This document shows, one piece after another, positions 1-10,352 of a stretch of 64,000 bases of DNA. The notes under the pieces are model-generated. The model saw nothing but the letters and a program-made list of their open reading frames with translations. It was not told where the DNA came from and ran no database searches. Source of the DNA: Oikopleura dioica (Eukaryota > Animalia > Chordata). Position numbers and translations under genes: made by a program. Each line of letters starts with the position of its first letter. Positions within the stretch are counted from its first letter, which is position 1. The DNA lies in contig OU015569.1 in the NCBI GenBank assembly GCA_907165135.1, positions 3,782,001 through 3,846,000 of the forward strand. Reading direction: 5' to 3'.

Positions 1-956
1 ATTTACCTCTCAGAAAATCTCTTCCGGGGAGCTACGCGACGACAACCCTGCAAAAAATGAGCCGATTATCCAATTTCTAAAGGGGAAGTCACTCAATAAG
101 TATTTCCTGACAAAAACACATTACTGGCTTGATTTCGCCGAGTACGAAATGAAACAACCTACATTCATTAATCTCATACGAGGTAGAATTTGAATTTTCT
201 TTTATTTTTCGTAGCCCGACTCTATTAAGATCCTGTCGAGTGGTTTGAGTCAAGGTACAATTTTAAAAGGAGACATCCGATTAATGTCAAGTTCGGGTTG
301 AATTCTAACATCTACTAAATTCGCCACGAATAATCTGATTAACCCCGGCGTAGACAGCGAGCATTTCTGAACGCGAAACATTTGAACGCCCAATTTCAAA
401 ATGCGTTCTTGAAGAGTTTGACGAGTGCTCGACGCGCGTCCATCAGCCCTGGCTTCTCTATCTTTGTGGAACGAGTCAGACATGCAAAGGTATCTAGAGA
501 TTGATCTATAACTTGCCATTCCAGCGCATTTGCCAAGCATTTCTTCTCTTCAGATCTGAAGTCCAAGGATAAGAAGCGGAGGAAAAAAGCCATCGAGTTT
601 ACAAAAACGAATATTGCTCAGAACTTCTACTTGATCGGACTGATGGAGGATTTCGACCTGTCTCTAAAAATGTTCGAACATGCTCTGCCGCGTTACTTCA
701 ATGGCGCCACAAAACTGATGAGCTCACACAAGGTTCAAGCCGCGATGAAAGCCTCTCAATCAGGAACGGATTTGTACTTTGCGTCAGTGGTCCTAGCGTA
801 ACACTCAAGTGCAATCCTACTGCAGCAAACATATCGTCGCTCAATCCTCTTGCTAGAAAGAGGCTAGCCACTGTTCTTGCGGATGAAATCGACGTTTTCG
901 AATACACGAAGTCATTATTCTACCAAAAAGTAAAAGACGCGAATATTAATTTATGA
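1..956 (+). CDS. Heparan sulfate 2-O-/uronyl 2-O-sulfotransferase-like (HS2ST/UST family), 3' part, multi-exon, 5' end outside window
   Basis: Manual translation across short introns gives FINLIR|DPVEWFESRYNFKR, KCVLEEFDECSTRVHQPWLLYLCG, NFYLIGLMEDFDLSLKMFEHALPRYFNGA and DEIDVFEYTKSLFYQKV...NL* (TGA 954-956). These match the HS2ST/UST motif order. Confidence 0.8.
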
Positions 957-1600
957 AAATGCAAAAAAGTATACTTCTTCAATGTACATCAGATATAGAT
1001 ATGCAAACATAGCATATTCCTCCGAAAACTTATTTAGCCCATTTATGATATTAAAACGTGCAATACATATTATCAACAATTCAAAACTTGAGCGTTTATT
1101 CAAGAAAATTTGACAGCTTCGATCACATGCATGCGTTGAGTTTTCAATCTTGGAGTAGATTGTGAGCGATAAATGACAGCCCAGATTGAAATATTTACAG
1201 TGCTGATTATTTCACGTCAAAAGCAGATTTGGATATAAGCAGAAAGTCAATCAAAGAAATGTGTAGTTACTGTTTCATTCTCGTGTCTAAAGCACTTTGT
1301 TTTTGAAATAAACGCAGGAGGTTCTTGTTTAATCTGTCATCTGGTAAGATTTTTTCCGGCAGAGGCTGTATCCGACACTTGAGAACTAATGATTGCTTTA
1401 TTGCTTCCAAAGCTGGTTATCGACAAACTCGAGAGCTGCTGGAAAAGCCATTGAAATTCAGGTTGCTTGATTGAAATTTCCATCAGACTCACTTCATTCC
1501 TGATCAGTGACTAACTCATTCTGTTTTTCTGTGTTCATTTATAGAATTTTCTCGTGTTTTTTATTTAAAATCAAATAAAAAAGTACGATGCAAATAACTA

Positions 1601-2216
1601 ACGCCTGAACGTACGAACTTTTTTTCCTGCTGATTCAGCAGTGCTGAACGCATATTGCGCAGATTTCTGCGCAGCACCTTTAGAGCGCTCTAGCGACGAT
1701 TGTGGTCGAGATTTGAAAAATCAAAAGCTACCAAAATATAGCTCAGACGCGAACGAACAAGCCAATAATAGTTTGAAATCCTAACCCTAACCAGAACCTC
1801 GCTAAAAATAGTGATTTCTAAAGTAACCCGAAAATGAACCAGTTTTTTCCATTTTTATTCTATTTCATTAATCTCAAATACAAATGAACAAAATAGATAT
1901 TTATGATTAAATTTATATTTGATCTGATGTAGAAATCCGATAAAACGCCGAAAAAAATATTTTTATCGAAAGAAAAATTAATGCAAAACTGTTAAAATGC
2001 TAACAAAACATTATTCGAAAAAATCGGAAATTTTCGTTCTGAAGCCAATTTTTTATCCTGATGTCAAATTTTTTTTTTCGATGCCAGATTCGGATTCCTC
2101 ATCGAAAAAGAGCTCCTAAAGTGGGGGTCCATTTGAAATTTTGGTCAAGCAAAGAATGAGATATCGAGCTTTAAAGGGGCTCTGCGCAGAAATCTGCGCA
2201 ATATGCGTTCAAGCGT
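1601..2216. mobile_element. Non-autonomous TIR element (MITE), probable TA TSD
   Basis: Perfect 30-bp inverted repeat TGAACGCATATTGCGCAGATTTCTGCGCAG at 1645-1674 and 2182-2211. Outer ends read TA|ACGCCTGAACG (1601) ... CGTTCAAGCGT|TA (2216). No coding capacity. Confidence 0.7.
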
Positions 2217-2362
2217 TAACATCGGACGGGCATAAATTTTATCATTTTTTTCGCAAGAAAGATTGTTTAAATTAACGTGTTTACAGATTTATTGGCAGCT
2301 TGTTATATGTACAGATAATTTTAGTGGTTTTTGAAGGGGTAGATGAGAGTTGCTGTGGATGT

Positions 2363-2790
2363 TCAGATGAGAAGATTTCCCTCTGAGTATTTCTTGCGCT
2401 CTTTAGAACGGCGGCTGTAGACGTAGGAGTAAAGCATCACTGCGGCAGCAACGGAGACGACAAAGAGTCCAATAGGAACGATCTTTTGCCAGTCTAGAGC
2501 GGTTTCACAAATGAAAGTTTTAGAATAGCACGAAGACTTGTGCCAGTCTCTCACCATCTTGCGCGTTAATTTCCCTTTCAAACGTGTTATTTTATGGGGC
2601 TAGATCCTAAAATAGATGCTTGCTGAAGAGAGCGGAATGCGGCATTCCGAATGCCCCAAATGCAAAGGGGAATTTTAGTCGGGCAGCCACAAGCGGACGT
2701 GTCACGGGGAACTGATAACTGCACGCGCGAGTTAAGAAAATAGGTCGCTTGAGCTTCCACTTTGGCATTCTGTGGCTCAAGAAACTCCAC
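2363..2790 (-). CDS. Possible last exon(s) of a single-pass membrane protein with a C-type-lectin-like C-terminal motif
   Basis: The ORF contains W-x4-C-x4-FICE followed by a hydrophobic segment (IVPIGLFVVSVAAAVMLYSYVY) and a basic stop-transfer tail. Upstream exons not resolved. Confidence 0.3.
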
Positions 2791-5700
2791 ATCGGCAGGT
2801 GTTAGGGACAGAAGGCCACTTATTAAAAACTTATATTTTAGAGTCAACTTTCAATTTCACCCGGGAAGCAACGAGAGACACCTCTAATCTATAATCAAGC
2901 CGACATGTCATAAAGTTTTTAATAAAAATTGAATTAACAACCCACGAGAACGGTGAGATCAGCAGGCAGACAAGACTCACCTCACCCTACCCGCGTGTGA
3001 GCGCAAAAATGTTGTAATTGTCATTTGCGGCCAATTCCACTGACCAAAACCGAAAATCGCCGTTTATCTCTTCTGACGAAAACGTTCGAGGACGAAAAGT
3101 CAGTGGCGAACTTCCACAAAGTTTGTCCGCCCCATTAAAAATATATTTATTGCTGTCACAGGAACTATCAAGAATATAAAGTGTCGATCCTCAAAAAGTG
3201 CCTTTTGAACTTTTCCAGGTCAGAGTTTGTTCTTTCTGATTGAGATTTATTGCTGCTAAGAACGAACGCTTATTCACAATCTATCGTCATTCATACGCAA
3301 TTCTGCATCATCCTAGCTTACATCGTAAAGTCATTTCTACCGAAAAAACTTAACGAAAAATCTTTCAAAAGAGCCGAGAAATGTTAAGGAGAAAAAAGCC
3401 AAAGTACGCGAAGAGTGGTTATTGTGACGTTTAACTTTCCAAATATAGATGCCCTTTGATGTTGTCACTTGAGTTGAACTCTCTAATTACGTTGATTGAA
3501 AAAGGGACTCGTAACCGCTGCCGTGTCTAAGTGAGCATCGAGTGAGTGAGCTCTGAAGTGACACCTACCCTCGGCATGACCTTTCTCGCTTCTCAGCGAT
3601 TCATGGTTCTGGAGAAGGAACATAAGTTCTGATAAATCAGAAATCTATTTTTGAGAAATTACGCTTCGTTTGACGTAGCATCCTCATAAACCCGTCAGCG
3701 TGATTGATTCCGCTCGGCTGTTCTTTGCCATTGAGCACCAGAACATCAAGAACAAACTAGCGGCAAAAGTTCAACTCATAAAGAACCAAAAGGTTCTCGA
3801 AAATGTAGCTAGATCTGTTTGAGTTTCATAGACGTGAAAGTGGCTGATCTGTAGATTTACCGTAAAACGGCGGGGAAAGTTAAGTTGTGGGCGGAAGTGG
3901 CTAGAGGAAGTTTTAGATTCCGAAGCTGTCAAGACCTGCCGAAAGTCTTCGATAGACTGGCAAATCAACATTGAATAAGAAGTCATAAATTTGTGGATTT
4001 CCGCTTCTATTAAATAATAATATTAAATAATACGTCTTTCTATTAAATGAGTCAAAACTACTCGCAATTACGGAGCTCAGTTCGACAAAATCGGAAAGGG
4101 AAACCAAGGGGCAAGCGCAAGGGTTTCTATTTCGCGCGAGTAAGCGTAAAATAACACTCCCAGACTCGGCAAAAGTCAAAACTCTTTATTTTCGCGTGAC
4201 GTGCCCGCCTTGCGAAAGGTTAGATAAGCGAGTGAAACCGTCTCCTGGAAATGTTGTTGACTGGTTGACCTCTGCCGGCAGTTCCGCCACTTCGAGCCCA
4301 TCTGACCTTGAGCCGAACTCGATGACAATTTCAGCCGGCGTGTATCCAGGCAAATTTCGATCTTGGCCGCTTCAAGACTCAGCCATTTCACTTCTCAAAT
4401 CGGAAATCGTCTTGAAGCATTCCTGAATTCTTCATTTCCGCCTCCAGTTCGGGAAAGTATTCAAACTCGTTCCTCACGTTCTCGTAAAGGAAATATGAAT
4501 CGTCACTAGACGAAGAACTTGAGTAGTCACTCAAATGGGTTTATCACGTTTTCGCCACGCGGGAATGGTCATGAGCGAGTACATTCTGGAGTTGGCCAGA
4601 GTTTAGTCGCAGTATCTTTATTTCTACTTGCTTTATTTTAATATGTTCAGAATGTTTTTAGATAAAGAAATCTGTCTTATCGTTAACTTTCAACTAAAGT
4701 GATAATTTCGAACGAAAAAAAAGACTTCTAAATTTAAAGTTTAAACCCTTTCCCCAGAATAATCATCAAGCTGGTAATCTTCGTCGTCAAAATTATCCAT
4801 TTCGTTTAACGAGTTGATTTGATATTCTTCTTATCGACAGATGTTTATTCTCTGGTTTTTTTCTATCAATGGGGCCAATTGAAAGCCGAAATTATTTTAT
4901 TCACTGAAGACTAAAATTTATTTTGCTTTTTTCAAGTTTATAGTTGCTGCGGGGAAAATTCGGAATCATCTTTTGAACGGGAAGCTAATACAGTGCGACA
5001 CCTGAGGAGCGCGGGCGCCCTCGCCAAAAAAATTCAAGCAATCTAGGCTAAAAATGATAAAATAAAAACGAAATTGGATAGACGGATGAGCTTACAAGTA
5101 ACGTGTTCGCGTAAGTCGTTGTTGATAGCGTCGGATCGTTCTAGCAACACGTTTATTCAGTAGTTTTACGGTCACAAATCAGCGTTCAACCTGTTGGAAG
5201 CGGTTAAATCTAAACATGCAAATCCACAAATCCGCAGTTATTTGTTTATTAAAATAAAATATAGAGAATTTTTAAAATTATATTTTTAATAAAAAGGTTG
5301 AGTCAGCAAATAGCAAATAATTGTGCAGTTTCATGACCATTTTTCAGACCCTAGTTTTAGGAGATATGGAATCGTTCCTTATTTAGATAAATAAGCATAG
5401 AGTGTAACTGACAAAAACGCGAAGAGAGACAATTTCGAACGTGTCATTTGATTAATTTGATAGACAACGAATAAGCAGAATAATTTTGGCTAGCTGGCGA
5501 CAGCTACCAGCCGTCTTTTCAATTCTTCAAAAAATAAGAAAGAACGAGGAAAATCAAAAATCGCCTTCAGACGCCGGGTAAACAAAGCTTTCGAAAATAT
5601 TTTGCTCCGTTTCAAAGCTGAGCACATGGAAAGCGACGCTCTATTAGAATGGCACTTTCAGCCGAGTCTGCACATTCTGAGTAAACTTCTTCAAGTCTTC

Positions 5701-6694
5701 ACCTGACGACACATACGACTTCATTCGCATACGCTTTGTCATTTATTTCGCAAGGCGAAAAATACCTTCACGAGTTCTTGATTTGTTGCACGCTGATTTG
5801 GGTTCGTCTGGGTACCTTTTACTTTCATTCTATCTTTATTTGCATGCACGCCTTAACAATTATTGATCCCTCAACAGTCGTAAATAGTTCTTACTAAAAA
5901 TATAACGAATAGGTTAAATAACAAGAAGTAGAAATGACGATGAATGATCTTCCGATGAAGTCGTTGTTGATCTCATTTACTTGGACGACAACAAGCGACA
6001 TTGACGCTAATAGCGATGACCAGGGAGTTGAGAAGAATGGATGGCTTCCCTGAAGTACTGGATTTGCGCTGCTTTATCGCACGTTTATCGGCAAAGCAGT
6101 ACTAACTACAGTAGCGCAGGGAGACCTGGAACTGACAAGCAGCTTTCAGCAATATTCGACATTCAATTTTGATAATCACCTGTCATACAGTGCGTTACTG
6201 ATTGATAGTACAGATTGATGATGATACTTTTCAGAATGAAAAATGCGACAAGCGATGGTTCTGTTTATTTCTGTTGGCGAAGTGATTCAAGACAGGAGTT
6301 CATCAATTGACTAGAAATTGAAAGCTTCTGTCGCTTTGTCTCTATAACATAACAAGTTGAAGGGCGATTCGTCAAGCTCAAGGAACATCGATTTATCTCC
6401 TCGTTACGAACAGAATTTATCGAGTAGACGTGATGATGCTTCTTTTTCGTCGTTTTTCTTTGACTCAATTCAAATTTTCGACTGTACCATCCAACCATTC
6501 GCAATTTTGCCAAAGGGCGTCTGATGGCCAAACCTTCGAGTTCGAATTTCCAACTTCGAAGTTAACTAAGGGGTGGCCTTGAAAACTCCAACCTTTTAGG
6601 ATTCATAAGCGATAATCCTTTCGATAGCTTTTTGATGGTGTTGTTATCGGCGCGCTAAAATGAATCTAGAAATGGTGCGCTCGCTGAAAATCTA

Positions 6695-6805
6695 CGGGGG
6701 TGTCTTTCAACAACGACCGGGCTGATTTGCATGATTGACCAATCACAGCACAGAATAATGCTTCATGATGGGAATCGCCCCGGTCGTTATTGAAAGATCC
6801 CCCCG
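6695..6805. mobile_element. 111-bp Tc1/mariner-type MITE, TA TSD
   Basis: TA|CGGGGGTGTCTTTCAACAACGACCGG ... CCGGTCGTTATTGAAAGATCCCCCCG|TA. The paralogous empty site (rc ~53405-53415) reads AAAATCTAGAAATC. Confidence 0.9.
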
Positions 6806-6893
6806 TAGAAATCGGCCTGCCCTGGATCAAACCATTTGCACGCTGCTCCCTGGTTGGCGCGCTAAGAGAAAAATTCTCTAGATTTGGGAGGTA

Positions 6894-8283
6894 ACGTACC
6901 CCCTAGCTCGCTCACATTTTGTGAACATTTTTCCCTTTTTCGCTTAGTTAAACTCCAACAAGACCCCCCTTGGTCGCTCGCTTTTTGTTACCAAGATCCG
7001 TTGGTCGCTTTCCTTCTTTTGCATTCTACGACCCCTTGTTCGCCCTCCTTGGTTTCGACGGCGCACCTTTGCTCGCCCGCCTTTCTCCGTCATTTATCCC
7101 TTGTTCGCTCCTGAAGCCCCGCGAGAACGCTTTATAACGCGTAGCTCATTTTCTTTTTCACTTTTAAAAGGCTTTTTAACTCGTAGAATGGTCTCAAAAT
7201 TCGATTTTCATGATTTTTTCCAAGCAAACTTATTTTTTTATGCTCTTTCACGTCCATTTTGTCAAATTTTCATATCTTATTAATAAGAAGAAATTTGGAC
7301 ACTCCATTTTAAGTAAACATAAGTACTCGAAATACATGGATTGAAACTTTTCGAGAGTTGCAAATTTTGATTAATTTTTCCGAGCTGAGCTGAGCTGAGC
7401 TGACCTGCGAAAAAATTTCTCTGAGCTGAGCTGAGCTGAGCTGGCCTACTTCGGAGGTTTCTGAGCTGAGCTGAGCTGAGCTGGCCTTTTTCAGAGGTCA
7501 TTAAGCTGAGCTGAGCTGATCAGACCTTTTGTTTAAGAGAGTGGAGCTGAGCTGAGCTGAGCGGACCCTAATTAGAGCTGAGCTGAGCTGAGCTGTTTTT
7601 TACTGTTTTTTGGTAGTAAAATTGTATTCAAATCATTGAGCTGAGCTGAGCTTAGCTAAGTGATAATCGTCTGAGCTGAGCTGAGCTGAGCAGAACAGAT
7701 CATGTTCGAAAATAATGGAGCTGAGCTGAGCTGAGCTGAGTGAAAATTGTCTGAGCTGAGCTGAGCAGATCAGATCATTTTCCAAAATCACTGAGCTGAG
7801 CGACTGCTCAGCTCACTCAGCTCAGCAAATTTGCAACTCTGGAACCAGTGTCAACATGAAGATTCGACTATTTTGAGTATAAATGTACATATAAAGTCAA
7901 ACTATCAAGTTTACGGCATAATACAGCGTTGCTACAAGATATAAAAATTGGACGCTTTAAAAAGAGGAAATGAAGTCTAGTTACTGTCAAAATATTCATG
8001 AAAATGAAAAATATAGTTCCCTATGAAAAGCTTGAGTCGAAAGTACAGTAAGAGCTGTAAGAGCGACCCAAGCCGAGCTAGGCTTTGGCGGTCTCCCGGC
8101 GAACAAGGGATAAATGGGTGAGGAGGAGCGAACAAGGGCGCGCGAGGTAAAAAGAAGGATGGCGACTAATGGAGCGCGCTGAAAGAAGAATGAGAGCGAG
8201 CAAGGGGACTTTGATAAAATTTAACTAAGCGAGCAAGGGAAAAATGCTCACAAAATGTGAGCGAGCTAGGGGGGGGGGTACGT
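6894..8283. mobile_element. 1390-bp non-autonomous TIR element, TA TSD, upstream of CenH3 copy 1
   Basis: TA|ACGTACCCCCTAGCTCGCTCACATTTTGTG ... CACAAAATGTGAGCGAGCTAGGGGGGGGGGTACGT|TA, with ~200-bp degenerate arms rich in CCCTTGNTCGCT. The paralogous empty site reads GGGAGGTATACAATT. Confidence 0.9.
7354..7840. mobile_element. Nested TIR element with clustered (GCTGA)n repeats
   Basis: 14-bp inverted ends AGAGTTGCAAATTT / AAATTTGCAACTCT. About a dozen clusters of 2-4 GCTGA units, flipping orientation near the right end (7805-7826). No clear TSD. Confidence 0.65.
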
Positions 8284-8299
8284 TATACAATTCTCTAGA

Positions 8300-8387
8300 T
8301 TTGGGAGGTATAAGAACCGGAGCGACGCAGCCAGGCCAATCAGTCGCAAACTTAACTCGCTCAGAAGAAAACTTTCAGAAATAAAAA
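8300..8387 (+). promoter_or_regulatory. Putative core promoter of CenH3 copy 1
   Basis: TATA-like GGTATAAGAA (~8306) and CCAAT (~8336) just upstream of the ATG. The block is conserved at 53230-53300 and 52200-52275. Confidence 0.5.
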
Positions 8388-10352
8388 ATGGCGCGACAAA
8401 AGTCTCCACCAAAGAAGAGGCCAGGAAAGCCAGGATCCAAAGTCAACAAAGAGATTATGGAACTCCAGAAAACAACCAACCTGCTCATGAGAAAGATGCC
8501 CTTCCAACGAGTGGTCCGAGAGGTAAATCTAGAATCTAGTCGAAACAGTAATACTTTTCCTTTAGGTTGTCAACGATCTTCGGCCTGGAAACGACTATCG
8601 ATGGCAGTCGCAGGCACTCCTCTGCCTCCAAGGTAATTTAGCACCGTCTTCTGTATTAAGGCTATAACCTCTCTTTTGGCCTCTCTGGAAAACGGACTTC
8701 CCTTGGTCGATTTCAAAAATTTAAAGGGCAAACATACTTGTTTTCTCCTAAAGAATTCAAAAAAGCCATCAAAAAATACTTTTCTCTGGTAATTTTTTGC
8801 TCTAGAATCATTCAAAAATCGCCGATCGGTTTTCCGAGAAAACCAGAAGCTCTGAGGTAAAATAAATCCGACAATGTTATTTAGTAAAGCATATTCTATG
8901 ATCCCTCTGGAAAAAATTTCAAGAAATTGTGTAAATTATGATTCTAGTTCTCTCTTCTTTTAAATCTCTTTTGTTTATAGACTGACGCTTGAGATCCGCG
9001 CAGCCAATCAAAGCGCGATGAATCGCTTGACTCACACGCTCGCCAACAGCGCTCTCTTTTTGGCCTGGAGGATAGCACTCCGCGCAGCGCGTCCACGCGC
9101 ATTTTTATCCTCAGGTGCTAGTACTAACATGGCCCTAGAATGAAAATTTGAAGAGATTTCGAAGATTTTTTCCATAGGGATTGTAGAGAAGGCTTTAATC
9201 TATTAATTGATCAAAAAAAAATCTACCTCTGTAATGGTAAAATTCTTCGGAAAACCGATCGGCGTTTTTTAAATGATTGTAAAGTCGAAATTTCAAAAGA
9301 AAAATTAATTTTTGATCGCATTTCTGAAATCTACGATAGATTTTGAGTATATGAGTCTTTTTAATTTTTGAAATCGACCAAGGGTAGTCGGTTTTCCGAA
9401 GAGGCCAAAAGAGAGGTTATAGCCTTAAGGATATACCCGATAAAATTGAACTTTTATAGCGCCGAAATGCGACGTAGGATCATTTTTATTATAAAAGCAA
9501 TTCTACCGTAAAATGCACGTAGAACTCAAATCTGGTACTTTTTTTATATTTTTTCATTAGAATTTTTCTCTTTAGAGCGATTTCAAATCTTACTCTCTCG
9601 ATTTCTCGAAATTTTTGGTATAAATCGGTCGAGATTTTTCGATAGAAAAGTTCTTTAGACCGTTATCTACAATCTTGATGGTTTACTTTTCCTTAATTCC
9701 GAAAAAAAACGATTCTAGAGCCATTTCACTGAGGGCTACTCAGCGCGTGAAAGCTCTACAAAGCGGCGCGCTGGGTGCTCGCTCACTCGACTCCTCTTTT
9801 CTGAGAGAAAGTGCGTGGTTGAGCGCACCGCTCTGATTGGTAGCACGCGAAAAAGCGCGCAGAGAAGAAAAACAAGTGTATAAAAGAGGAGAACACTAGA
9901 ATGAAAATTCGATCGGGTTAAAGAATTTGATCCCATCAATTTTGTAGGTTAGCATTATTCCAATACAGAACACGGGTCAGTTTTAGCGATTTAGTGGAAA
10001 AATTTCGAGAAATCGAGAGAGTTCGTTTTCAAATCGCTCTAGAGAGAAAAATTATGATGAAAATTTTTAAAAAAGTACCAGAATTGAATTTTACGCAAAA
10101 TTTTAGATAGGATTGCTTTTGAAATAAAAATGATCCGACTTCATATTTAGGCGCTATGAATGTTCGATTTTATCGGGTATATCCTTAATCTCTCAACTTA
10201 CAATTTCAGAAGCGACAGAGGCCTTCATTATCACAACTTATGAAGTCGCCAACCTGTTCGCCCTTCACTCCAAGCGCGTCACCATCATGAAGAAAGACTT
10301 GGACCTTGTCAAAGCTGTCGCGCAAGTCAACCTCAATGGAATCAAAGAGTAA
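8388..10352 (+). CDS. CENPA: Centromeric histone H3 variant (CenH3/CENP-A-like), copy 1; exons 8388-8522, 8566-8632, 10210-10352; 114 aa
   Basis: Histone-fold H3 motifs LLMRKMPFQRVVRE, QSQALLCLQEA and HSKRVTIMKKD. CenH3 hallmarks: loop 1 two residues longer than H3, W at the H3 F84 position (DYRWQS), A at the T107 position, unrelated short N-tail. GT-AG introns give an intact frame. Confidence 0.85.
8660..9424. mobile_element. Foldback MITE A (765 bp), TTAA TSD, GG...CC ends (Kolobok-like), in CenH3 intron 2
   Basis: TTAA|GGCTATAACCTCTCTTTTGGCCTC ... GAGGCCAAAAGAGAGGTTATAGCC|TTAA, with ~288-bp imperfect arms. Absent from the 48-nt paralogous intron (52930-52977). Confidence 0.9.
9429..10184. 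mobile_element. Foldback MITE B (756 bp), TTAA TSD, GG...CC ends (Kolobok-like), abutting MITE A
   Basis: TTAA|GGATATACCCGATAAAA ... TTTTATCGGGTATATCC|TTAA, with ~288-bp imperfect arms. Absent from the paralogous intron. Confidence 0.9.

Noticed and set aside
4196-4600. Open-looking frames on both strands that might be upstream exons of the 2363-2790 membrane-protein gene
   Set aside because: I could not build a consistent spliced frame.
5930-6200. Possible degenerate LINE reverse-transcriptase fragment (EVVVDLIYLD resembles the VD[VL]IYLD motif)
   Set aside because: Only one short motif. Frames are closed by stops and the following KAFD and PQGS motifs are not recognisable, so it needs a translated search.
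7380-7826. Repeat-spacer appearance of the GCTGA clusters suggesting a CRISPR array
   Set aside because: Eukaryotic context, variable-length pentamer runs rather than a fixed repeat, and no cas genes. Better explained as a TIR element.
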